Of a stretch of DNA of 64,000 nucleotides, positions 35,497-43,581 are shown piece by piece; the stretch's first letter is position 1; the number at the start of each line of letters is the position of its first letter. The notes beneath the pieces are model-generated. The model was given only the letters and a program-made list of their open reading frames with translations. It ran no database searches and had not been told where the DNA came from. Source of the DNA: an uncultured Verrucomicrobiae bacterium (lineage in GTDB: Bacteria; Verrucomicrobiota; Verrucomicrobiia; Limisphaerales; Palsa-1400); contig OY969763.1 in assembly GCA_963702845.1 (NCBI GenBank), positions 64,001 through 128,000 of the forward strand, written 5' to 3'. Made by a program: the position numbers and the translations under genes.

Positions 35497-36078
35497 ATGA
35501 AACATTGTTCCTATTGCGGAGCGGAATATCCAAACGACGTGACTGAGTGCCCGCTCGACCACCAACCTCTCGTCGAACAGCACGTTGCACCGTTTTCTGC
35601 GAAACCGCATCACGTCACGCGTATTGCGGATAGGCATAAGCTCTTGAGACGTTTCCTCGTAATTGTCGTCGCATTCGCGCTGGGTTGGCTGTTCTACATG
35701 GTGACAGTAGTTAGAAATGGGTCTGAACCGTTGGAGTTCCTGTTTGCGCCATTTATTGGACTGATGTGCAGCGCATTAACTCTGGGCCTTTCGCTACTGC
35801 TTGGATTGCTTTTCAAAATCCCTGTTTTGGGGCGATGGTGGAAGCGCATCCCGACCGCCGCTTTGATTTCGCTGCTGGCGATCTTGGCGATTGTGACCTG
35901 CTCCGCAACTCTTGAAACCCACACGGGAGGGACCGCATACCTCATCTTGGTTTTTACAGTCGCCAACTGGCCGCTTAAGGAACGACGCAAACCCGAAACC
36001 GTTACTCCACCGGATGGTGGCCCAGCGGCACCGCCCGTGATCTCGGAAGTCCCTGCGGGGCCGCCATCGGTGAGTTGA
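35497..36078 (+). CDS. Zinc-ribbon (CxxC..CP) membrane protein, cassette-like
   Basis: MKHCSYCGAEYP..CP, four TM segments; the C-terminal PPDGGPAA..GPPSVS tail is read-through into an attC hairpin. Confidence 0.65.
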   Translation: MKHCSYCGAEYPNDVTECPLDHQPLVEQHVAPFSAKPHHVTRIADRHKLLRRFLVIVVAFALGWLFYMVTVVRNGSEPLEFLFAPFIGLMCSALTLGLSLLLGLLFKIPVLGRWWKRIPTAALISLLAILAIVTCSATLETHTGGTAYLILVFTVANWPLKERRKPETVTPPDGGPAAPPVISEVPAGPPSVS

Positions 36079-36087
36079 TCTTTAGCC
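35992..36087 (+). repeat. Degenerate attC site
   Basis: CACCGGATGGTGGCCC pairs with GGGCCGCCATCGGTGAG; the R' box is degenerate (TTTAGCC). Confidence 0.6.
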
Positions 36088-36090
36088 AAT

Positions 36091-36420
36091 ATGGAACGGG
36101 TCGAATTACTTACAGTCGAGGATTGCTTCCAAATAGGTGGTCTCGTTGTACTGCGGCCCGACTTTTCTGTTCCAAACGGTCGCTGGACAGCTCGTGCTGA
36201 GACGGTGCTTATCGTGAGACCGAACGGCGAAAGGTTTGAGGCTGCAGCTCAGTTCAGCATGTCGCATTTCAACATTTCGGACCCGAGCGTTTCGATTGAC
36301 CTACGGTGGAGAGTTGTCATCTCACTTCCGAGCTGCACGAAGGATCAGGTTCCCATCGGCAGCAAAATTCTCGTTTCCCCACAGATGAGAGATGCGCTAC
36401 TCAACACCGCCCTCGGCTAA
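36091..36420 (+). CDS. Hypothetical cassette protein
   Basis: 109-aa ORF between two attC-like sites; its stop codon lies within the R'' box. Confidence 0.7.
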   Translation: MERVELLTVEDCFQIGGLVVLRPDFSVPNGRWTARAETVLIVRPNGERFEAAAQFSMSHFNISDPSVSIDLRWRVVISLPSCTKDQVPIGSKILVSPQMRDALLNTALG

Positions 36421-36540
36421 CCAGAACACTGCAGCCCAACAGCCGCCGCTCTTGGCATTTGCGAGCACTTGGGTATTCTGTTGTCACTGGCTTCGGCTAC
36501 GACCCGCTCCGGCGGCTTTGGCTGAGCTGAAACGTTAGGT
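36415..36540 (+). repeat. attC site (126 bp)
   Basis: GGCTAAC...ACTGCAGCCCAACAGCCGCCG ... CGGCGGCTTTGGCTGAGCTGAAAC-GTTAGGT: R''/L''/L'/R' layout with complementary arms. Confidence 0.85.
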
Positions 36541-36548
36541 CACTTCGC

Positions 36549-36788
36549 ATGGAGTTACACAAAATGGTTGAGCGAGTGAATTCCAAGGAAACATTCTTGG
36601 AGTTCGTTGCTGCACTTCGTGCGGATTGGGAATTGCGTGGCCGCGCTCCAGAGTGGGAGAATCCAGACTTAGGACGTTTTCTTGAGGCGATGCAGGCTTG
36701 GGCAGACGACATGGGAGAGAGAGTTCCGTCGTCGCCGAGTTGGCGCACATTTGCTGACATGCTGTACGCCGCCAAGATTTACGAATGA
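36549..36788 (+). CDS. Small immunity-like cassette protein
   Basis: VNSKETFLEFVAAL..WEN.DL.RFLEAM..W...PSWRTFADMLYAAKIYE resembles a widespread family found in toxin/immunity loci. Confidence 0.7.
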   Translation: MELHKMVERVNSKETFLEFVAALRADWELRGRAPEWENPDLGRFLEAMQAWADDMGERVPSSPSWRTFADMLYAAKIYE

Positions 36789-36828
36789 AATTCGACGATA
36801 TGGTTTCGTTAGGCTTCTTCACACGCGC

Positions 36829-37086
36829 ATGAAAGTTTCGAATCTTACGTTAGAGCAGTGGTGGGTGCTTCGGAATTTGGTATTTGAGGCAGATTCGCCC
36901 GATGATCGCCCCGTTGTCCCAGAGGCTTTACGCGACCATCCTGCCGTTGTGCTTGTGCGTCGCTACTTGGCTGAGGGGCAGCGGTCGGATCTTGATGAGG
37001 CAGCACGACTCGTTGCAGTGGCCAAGCCCAACGTTGACCGAGCGTTTGCCGAGAGACATTGTTGGTTAGTCCTCGACAAGTCATGA
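36829..37086 (+). CDS. Hypothetical cassette-like protein
   Basis: ATG 15 bp after a GTTAGGC R'-like box at 36808. Confidence 0.45.
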   Translation: MKVSNLTLEQWWVLRNLVFEADSPDDRPVVPEALRDHPAVVLVRRYLAEGQRSDLDEAARLVAVAKPNVDRAFAERHCWLVLDKS

Positions 37087-37394
37087 CGACCAAGCCTAAC
37101 GAATACCAACCGGCGCGTGCGATGAAACAATTCGAGCAATACGCATCCGAGAACGGCTTTGGCCTTCGATTAGGCCGATGGGATTTCGTTTACACAGAGG
37201 CGCAGAGGCATCTCACGTTACCCGTTGAGATGCTGATGCAGGGCGAGTTCCTCTGGCAGCTTTCACGGAGCAGTATTAAAACGTGGGATTCGCCGCATGA
37301 GCGAGAGAACATTGATGCTGCGACCGCCACGAGGATACTGGAGAGGATTGCACGTTTCGTGGAGTTGACCGGCAAGCAAATTCAAATCTGTTGA
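37083..37394 (+). CDS. Imm74-like immunity protein
   Basis: VYTE..RHLTLPVE...SSIKTWDSPHERENID....RILERI pattern resembles Imm74. Confidence 0.55.
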   Translation: MTTKPNEYQPARAMKQFEQYASENGFGLRLGRWDFVYTEAQRHLTLPVEMLMQGEFLWQLSRSSIKTWDSPHERENIDAATATRILERIARFVELTGKQIQIC

Positions 37395-37396
37395 CT

Positions 37397-37466
37397 ACTG
37401 CAATTTCACTGCAATTTGAAATGCTGCTCTGTGTTGCAGGAAGGCACTACTGCAATTTCACTGCAA
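37397..37466. repeat. Paired ACTGCAA heptamers (arm-type-like sites)
   Basis: ACTACTGCAATTTCACTGCAA occurs twice (heptamers at 37397/37408 and 37449/37460). Confidence 0.7.
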
Positions 37467-37527
37467 CACGGTTTTTTGAGGGTAGTTTTTCGATCCCGAA
37501 AATCGTTGGAAGTTGTTGATTCCAAAG

Positions 37528-37548
37528 TGGAGCCAGTTGCCGGACTTG
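37528..37548 (-). repeat. att site copy 2: 3' end of tRNA (probably tRNA-Thr)
   Basis: TGGAGCCAGTTGCCGGACTTG is identical to 27610-27630 and lies ~250 bp from the integrase stop. Confidence 0.85.
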
Positions 37549-37705
37549 TCCTGTCAGGTCCCAATTGGCTCGCATTCGGTGGTGTCACCAAATGAGGAGG
37601 TTACGAATAATTTCGCACCTTCTTTACGAGGGAAACTGTGCCTTTTGTTGACTAAAAATTCAAGAGGATTTGCGACAATTTTTTGTAACACTTCAAAAGG
37701 TATTT

Positions 37706-37844
37706 GATGTCCAGTTTGGTGTCCGAAATGGTGTCCGTTTTTCCGGATCGGAATTGTCGGTTCGCAACAGTTGGCTAAACGCGACGACTTTTTCTAACCG
37801 TTCACTTGCCGTTGAAGCCCGTTTTGGTGTCCAAAATGGTGTCC
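37706..37844. repeat. GGTGTCC heptamers at 12-bp spacing (arm-type-like sites)
   Basis: GATGTCC 37706; GGTGTCC at 37718, 37730, 37826 and 37838. Confidence 0.7.
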
Positions 37845-38966
37845 GCTTTTCACGGTTTCGGATGATGAAATTTCGCTTTCTGTATTCGTTGACGGGATCG
37901 CGGGCAATGATACCGATGGCAGCGCTTGCGCAAGTGTTGCTTGGCTTTTCTGCCAGTGTGCTTCCCAGTCCTCGAGTGATGGCACGATGACTTCGGCGTT
38001 GCGCGAATAGGCGTGATGAACTGCTTTTGAATTATGACCGAGGGCTTCTTGGGCAAACCGCAACGGGTAGCCGCATTTCAAGGCGCGCTCGGCCCACGAG
38101 TAGCGATAGGAATGGAGACTCACGCCTTCAATGTTAAGACCCTCGCAGCGTTGCCAGAATTCGGTCGCGCGGTCATTTGTCCGAACTGTGCAGAGGTATG
38201 GGAATAGCGGACCAGCCTGGGGACGACGACGGAGTAGTTGCGCAACTTCATCACCGAAACGGATCAGCGCTGGACGAACGGTTTGTGGGTTGTGCTGGTT
38301 AAGTTTGCGGCGTGTGTAAGAGATCGTTCGCGCCGACCAGTTGATGTCCTCGGCACGTAGACAAGCAGCGTCGGTTTGCGAAGCGCCGGTGTGCCAAAGG
38401 AGTTCATAATAATCGCGACGCTCGGGATTGCCTTCTCGAGCAATGATAGCGTTGTGCTCGGCGGCGGAGATGGCGCGCTTCTTTCTGAATATCGGTTTTG
38501 GCCAGAGCAATTTTGGGAGAACCGATCTTAACAACCAATCCATGCCGAGGGCGTAATTGTGGATGCGACGCAGATAGACGTTTGTCGAAGGTTTGCGATC
38601 GGCGAGAACCTCCATGAAGTGTTCGGGACGAGTTTCGACGACGCGCAAGTTGCGAATGCAATCGAAGTTGCTGTCCTGAATGGCGGTCTTCCATCGACGT
38701 GCAGTTTCGCCACCGCGCTGTTCAACTATATGATTCATGACGTGCTGCCATGTGCGGGTGTTGAGATTCGGATCGACGCCGGCAAGGTAAACACGAGCCA
38801 AGGCCGCATTGAACAACGATTGGTTAACGGCGTCGTTATAGGCTTGGGTGAGGCGTTGGGCCTCGGCTTTGTCGCGAGTCTTGAGAGACTTGTGCCTCAT
38901 CGTTTTCTTGTCGACGAGGTAATAAATCCCGGTCTTGCGGCGAAAGAATCGAAATTGAATTTGCAT
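37794..38966 (-). CDS. Tyrosine recombinase/integrase
   Basis: N-terminal KSLKTRDKAEA arm-like region; LHSYRY (HxxR), ALGHNS and distal Tyr (HHAY); adjacent to att. Confidence 0.9.
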   Translation of the reverse strand: MQIQFRFFRRKTGIYYLVDKKTMRHKSLKTRDKAEAQRLTQAYNDAVNQSLFNAALARVYLAGVDPNLNTRTWQHVMNHIVEQRGGETARRWKTAIQDSNFDCIRNLRVVETRPEHFMEVLADRKPSTNVYLRRIHNYALGMDWLLRSVLPKLLWPKPIFRKKRAISAAEHNAIIAREGNPERRDYYELLWHTGASQTDAACLRAEDINWSARTISYTRRKLNQHNPQTVRPALIRFGDEVAQLLRRRPQAGPLFPYLCTVRTNDRATEFWQRCEGLNIEGVSLHSYRYSWAERALKCGYPLRFAQEALGHNSKAVHHAYSRNAEVIVPSLEDWEAHWQKSQATLAQALPSVSLPAIPSTNTESEISSSETVKSGHHFGHQNGLQRQVNG

Positions 38967-39093
38967 CGGGCGCAAAAATGAAGATGGAATCGCGCTACTG
39001 CAAGAAAACGTAAGAGCTTGCGTGTTTGATGGGCCGAAACGTTGATGAACGTCGGCTTGCTTCATGACTATTGTTTAAGAAACACTCGATCCC

Positions 39094-39963
39094 ATGCATT
39101 TCGATCTGAACCTGCTATGTGCTGTGGTTCTTGTTTTTCTTCCAGGTGCGCTGGCGACGGCGATCATTTTCCGCAAGCGCAATGCCAAAAAGAAGTCGAG
39201 TCGCGCTCCGTTTGATGAACTACAGCGCCGTCCTGCGGGAGAGGCGATTCGGATTAAGCTGGAGGAGCTCGACGATCAAATTAACGATAAAATTTTGGGT
39301 CTGGCGATCACGCCGACATTTTTAGCTTTTGCGTTGCTAATTATGCCGCCCAAAGACTGGAAAATTCTGGTGTTCTTTTTTATTGTTTCGTGCGGCGTAT
39401 CTGCCTTCTTCGGCGGTAAACTTTATGAGCTGCTGACGTTGCGGGCGAATTACAGACTCGGTTTTGAAGGGGAGCGCTATGTCGGTGAGGAGTTGTCGCG
39501 TTTGAGAGTTCTGGGGTTCCATATCTACCACGATGTTCCCTTTAACGGTTTCAACATCGATCACGTTTTGGTGGGTTCGCGCGGTGTTTTTGTCGTCGAA
39601 ACAAAAACGCGTCGTAAACCGGTGGATGAAGCGGGCAGCAAGAAATATCGAGTTCATTACGATGGGAAGAATTTGCAATGGCCCTGGGGGACTGATGGCG
39701 ACGGGATTCAGCAGGCTAAAGATAATGCGAAAACACTGGCAACATGGTTGAGATCGGCCGCTGGCGAAAATGTTTGGGCTACCGCAATCTTGACCATGCC
39801 GGGATGGATGGTGGAACGACTGGCACCAAGCGGTGGTGTGCAAGTTCTGAATCCGAAAGAAATCTATGATGTGTGCGGATCGCAGCCCGAGACATTGAAC
39901 GAGCCACAAATCCGCCGCATTTGTTTTCAACTCGACCAAAAATGCCGGATTGCGGTGAGCTAA
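39094..39963 (+). CDS. Membrane-anchored NERD (nuclease-related) domain protein
   Basis: TM helices, then GFEGERYVGEEL...YHDV...NIDHVLVGSRGVFVVETK. Confidence 0.9.
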   Translation: MHFDLNLLCAVVLVFLPGALATAIIFRKRNAKKKSSRAPFDELQRRPAGEAIRIKLEELDDQINDKILGLAITPTFLAFALLIMPPKDWKILVFFFIVSCGVSAFFGGKLYELLTLRANYRLGFEGERYVGEELSRLRVLGFHIYHDVPFNGFNIDHVLVGSRGVFVVETKTRRKPVDEAGSKKYRVHYDGKNLQWPWGTDGDGIQQAKDNAKTLATWLRSAAGENVWATAILTMPGWMVERLAPSGGVQVLNPKEIYDVCGSQPETLNEPQIRRICFQLDQKCRIAVS

Positions 39964-40045
39964 ATTGACACGCGCGTTGGATGGTTGGTTTTGTTCGCAG
40001 ATGCGCTGCTGGCGCTAGAGGCTAGACGCTGGTAAAGGTCAAGCC

Positions 40046-42724
40046 CTAGACGCTGTTTGTGTTGTCGTCCACTTGAGCTCGGTAGTCGTTCCAGCTGGAC
40101 TGGAGCATGCTTCGCGAAATAGTCACCTCCTGAAGCAGGTCTGGATCTGGCGCCTGTTGAGATTCGAGAGCCTGAATCACGAGATCGAGTTGCCCCAGTT
40201 GCAGTTTCATTAATTCGGATGCTTTTGGATCTAGTTCGTCGCGGCGGCCCACGGAGTCCCACCACGAAACAAGGCGGCTGACGCCGGTGCGAACGAGCAA
40301 AGGACGCCTTACAAAGCATTTAAAGGCGTCCAAGAAAGCGAGCCAAACGTAAATATGTTGGTCTGGGGAAGAGTTTTGGCGTTCGGCCAATCGCACGTAG
40401 TTAAACATCAATTGTGCTCGCAGAGCCCTAAGGTCTGCGAACCGCAAATGCCCCATTTGATTTTTGATTACTGAATCAACGTCATGTCCACCTTCTGCAT
40501 ATGTTTTGGCTGCTTTATCGAGCAGGCCTGAGGCTTCAGCTGCTTCACCAATTGAAAGGAATGCTTGAGCTCGAATTACGGCGTTGTCGTATGATGGTGA
40601 GGCATGGTCAGCGAGCCTTGTAATTTCTATTACGCCCCGCCAATCGTGACGTTGCGTTCTTGACTCTATCCATAGGCCAAAAAGTTCAGGCCGCTGACAG
40701 CCAAGTTTATGGGCTTGTCTGAATGCAATACCTGCTTTCGTCGGGTCTGGCGTCGCAACCTGAAGGTACGCTCGACCTAGTAAGCACAGAGCATCCGGAC
40801 TATTCGGGTTTTTTGCAGCAGTGTATTGCGCGACCGAAAGAGCTTCATCGAACTGGCTGTCCCTCCAGAGCGCAAGTACGCGATTAATCATCGAACCTAT
40901 ATTGAGGTTGACCTTCGATGCGTTGCTACGTGCGATGGCACATTCTTTCTCTATTCGACTGGGGTCGGGTATCCGCTGTCGGATCACTTCTTGCATGAGC
41001 CTAATTGCACTTGGGACTTCCAAATGCGCGCCACCTGCACGGACGGTTCCGGTCATAGCGTATAGGTGGTATTTGCGAAGCTCGTCGAGGTCGTCGCGGA
41101 GACGTCCGTCAGTGCTGTCGAGGACTTGGCCTAATTCAAGTTGGGATGTAGTTCCAAGTATACACATGGCGTACAGTGTGCGCGTTTGTGATGACGTTAG
41201 TCTATCGAGCTCGCGGGAGAATGCGAACTGGCGGACCTCGTCGCCCTCTGATCCTTTCCATCTTTCGATAGCGGAATTGAAATTTTCCCCAGTGAGCATC
41301 AGACGAAGGATTGACGAGGCGAATGCTGGGGAACCGCTGGATGCGGAATGAAATTTCGCGAGTTGCGCGTTCGACAGGTTGGTTGGAATGTCGAGGGCAT
41401 TGGAGATAATAGTTACATATTCGTAAAACTCGGTCTGGGGAAGACCATTCACCTTAATCAGTTGAGCCGGAGCTGCGCCCAGCTGTAGACGAGAAGTTAG
41501 CAGTGCTCTGGATGGCGAGTGCACATGTGGTTGCGACATCGTGCGGCTTATGATTTGAATCATTGTCTGAAACACGTCGTGCTGTTGCTCTAGATCGAGA
41601 GAGTCGACATCGTCCACCACAATGAGAGCTGGGTAAATGGAAAGAGCCTGAATCACCTCATCAACTAACGATTCCCTTGTTGCGTCCGGGTCAATTTGTT
41701 CTTCTGGCAAACCTAGCGCGTGTAACAGAGCTCGAAGCAGTGACGGGAGGTCGAAAAAGTCCACCCTCGCGGCGGGTTCGTATTTGTTATCAAAGGAGGC
41801 GAAGAACTGACGCTTTGCGCTCAACCAAACGACGAGTTCAAGCTTGAGTGGAGAGTTTTTGGTGACGATTTCGGCAAACTGTCGAGCGATCGTTGTTTTC
41901 CCCAAGCCTCCGAGGCCTGATAGGAGCTTTACTGGACTGTAGGGATCGCAGAGCCATTTCCAGAGGTTTTGCAGGTAGTCCTCACGGCCAACAAACCGGA
42001 CCAATGACGGGTCTTTAGGGCCCAAATTGCTGAGTAAAACGGGTGGAGGGGTGGAAATGGAGTTTACAACCTCCCGACGGGAGGCGATGCATAGAAATGC
42101 GTAGTCATCGGATGTCACGGCTGGCCGCGACTGGTCACCGTCCCGCAAGTAGATGTCTTGTTGCTTATACGCCTGCTTTCCCGTGGTCGAGGTGGGGGCG
42201 GGTCTTAAAAACTGAGCTGGGGACGTCCCGCTGCCGGAACGCTGGGGAATCTGTAGAATTCCAATTGGATAACTTTTCCCGTCGCAAATGATGTTCTGAA
42301 TCGAGTAATGGCAGTCAATTTCTATGTTTGTTGCACCTTTGACCTTCTTCGCTAGGTCTCCGCAATCGAATTGTCCGTTGAATCCCACAACACGCCTCGG
42401 ACTATCTGCGACTCCCGCTATCAAATAGCCCCCGTGGGAGTTATAGAAAGCAACGACGTCTTTGACTATTTCAGCCATTTTAGCGGCGTGGGTCGCAGCT
42501 TGTTCAGTTGTCGGCTTGGGAATCGCGATGGGTAAGCTTTCTTTGTAATCCCAAAGGGCTTTTTCATAGAGTAGCGGTTGGCCGTGCGGGAGCAGTTCTG
42601 CCAACACCTCGTCGCCCAGGCAGCCTTTCTTTATAAGCGAGAAAATGCGCAGTCTAGCCGCAAATATGCTCTCGTGGTCATTTGACGTTTGCGCGAGCGC
42701 TTTTGTAATTCCGTGCTTGCTCAT
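40046..42724 (-). CDS. Schlafen/AlbA_2 + NB-ARC (STAND) + TPR protein, NLR-like
   Basis: WDYKE..EIVKDVVAFYNSHGGYLIAGV (AlbA_2); FVGRE, LSGLGGLGKTTIA, LIVVDDVD, LLTSR (NB-ARC); PDALCLLGRAYL..AFRQA (TPR). Confidence 0.85.
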   Translation of the reverse strand: MSKHGITKALAQTSNDHESIFAARLRIFSLIKKGCLGDEVLAELLPHGQPLLYEKALWDYKESLPIAIPKPTTEQAATHAAKMAEIVKDVVAFYNSHGGYLIAGVADSPRRVVGFNGQFDCGDLAKKVKGATNIEIDCHYSIQNIICDGKSYPIGILQIPQRSGSGTSPAQFLRPAPTSTTGKQAYKQQDIYLRDGDQSRPAVTSDDYAFLCIASRREVVNSISTPPPVLLSNLGPKDPSLVRFVGREDYLQNLWKWLCDPYSPVKLLSGLGGLGKTTIARQFAEIVTKNSPLKLELVVWLSAKRQFFASFDNKYEPAARVDFFDLPSLLRALLHALGLPEEQIDPDATRESLVDEVIQALSIYPALIVVDDVDSLDLEQQHDVFQTMIQIISRTMSQPHVHSPSRALLTSRLQLGAAPAQLIKVNGLPQTEFYEYVTIISNALDIPTNLSNAQLAKFHSASSGSPAFASSILRLMLTGENFNSAIERWKGSEGDEVRQFAFSRELDRLTSSQTRTLYAMCILGTTSQLELGQVLDSTDGRLRDDLDELRKYHLYAMTGTVRAGGAHLEVPSAIRLMQEVIRQRIPDPSRIEKECAIARSNASKVNLNIGSMINRVLALWRDSQFDEALSVAQYTAAKNPNSPDALCLLGRAYLQVATPDPTKAGIAFRQAHKLGCQRPELFGLWIESRTQRHDWRGVIEITRLADHASPSYDNAVIRAQAFLSIGEAAEASGLLDKAAKTYAEGGHDVDSVIKNQMGHLRFADLRALRAQLMFNYVRLAERQNSSPDQHIYVWLAFLDAFKCFVRRPLLVRTGVSRLVSWWDSVGRRDELDPKASELMKLQLGQLDLVIQALESQQAPDPDLLQEVTISRSMLQSSWNDYRAQVDDNTNSV

Positions 42725-42828
42725 ATTTTTGTTCGTTCGATGTTAGATTGCGAGTCCAGCTTCTTGTGTGGGCTTTGCAGAGTGATCTTCATTAATTCAA
42801 ACGAGCGTATGGTTGCTAGGTGTGTTTC

Positions 42829-43581
42829 TTAATGAGGATGTCGGAAGAGTTTGATAGAGATGCAAGCGTGTCGTGCGCCACGCCTTTGGTTTGTTCTGTT
42901 TTGTGGATTCCGTGCTGTGTGAGCGCGATCGGCGAGGTCTTTAATCAGCGAGGCCATTGGTGGTCTGGCAAATTCGTGGCGCCAGCCGACGATTGACGGG
43001 TCGGTGAGCCACTGAGGTATGGCAGGATAGCGTTTCTGTTCCAATTCGTGTTGGAGGTTGTCGGAGAGAAGTCGGACAATCCATGCAGCTTCACGCGTCT
43101 GCTTATTGGCTTCGTTGTCGCGGTTTAGTTTGTTGTGAATCAAGACACCGCCGAAGGCAAGAATGGCACCCAGTGCGGTTGAGAGCAAAGATACCACCCA
43201 GGCTGAAATCGGGCTTTGAGCAGGCATCATGCTGATAGTTTTAAAAAGCGCACAGTTTTTGTTTGATGCGGTGAGCATTACAGCAAGCTCCTCGTTCTCC
43301 GACAGTGGGGCCAATTCCAGATTTGTCAGAAGTGTTGTGAGTTGCAAGCTGCCGCTGGAGTAGGGCTGTAGGTTGGGTAAACGCAGCAAAGCCCATGATG
43401 TTGCGCTGGGAGTCTTCGCTGGTAGCAGTAATGTGATGCTCGTGCCACCCGATGCAGACCTCGCCGCCCAGGATTCAACGGTGGGAGGATTTGGGGCGAA
43501 GACTGGACTGGCGGTCGTCCGGTTGGCCAGAATGCAAGCGGCACAGAGGAACGTTGGAAGTAGTGCCCTAGGCGATGCCAT
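42829..43581 (-). CDS. Exported single-TM hypothetical protein
   Basis: Signal peptide, TM (WVVSLLSTALGAILAFGGVLI); start overlaps the upstream ATPase stop. Confidence 0.65.
   Translation of the reverse strand: MASPRALLPTFLCAACILANRTTASPVFAPNPPTVESWAARSASGGTSITLLLPAKTPSATSWALLRLPNLQPYSSGSLQLTTLLTNLELAPLSENEELAVMLTASNKNCALFKTISMMPAQSPISAWVVSLLSTALGAILAFGGVLIHNKLNRDNEANKQTREAAWIVRLLSDNLQHELEQKRYPAIPQWLTDPSIVGWRHEFARPPMASLIKDLADRAHTARNPQNRTNQRRGARHACISIKLFRHPH

Larger units (their letters stand above)
27632..37527. mobile_element. Genomic island 1 (integrase-less, between two tRNA-3'-end repeats)
   Basis: Bounded by identical 21-bp att repeats with paired arm-like repeats inside both ends; contains only accessory genes. 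Confidence 0.75.
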
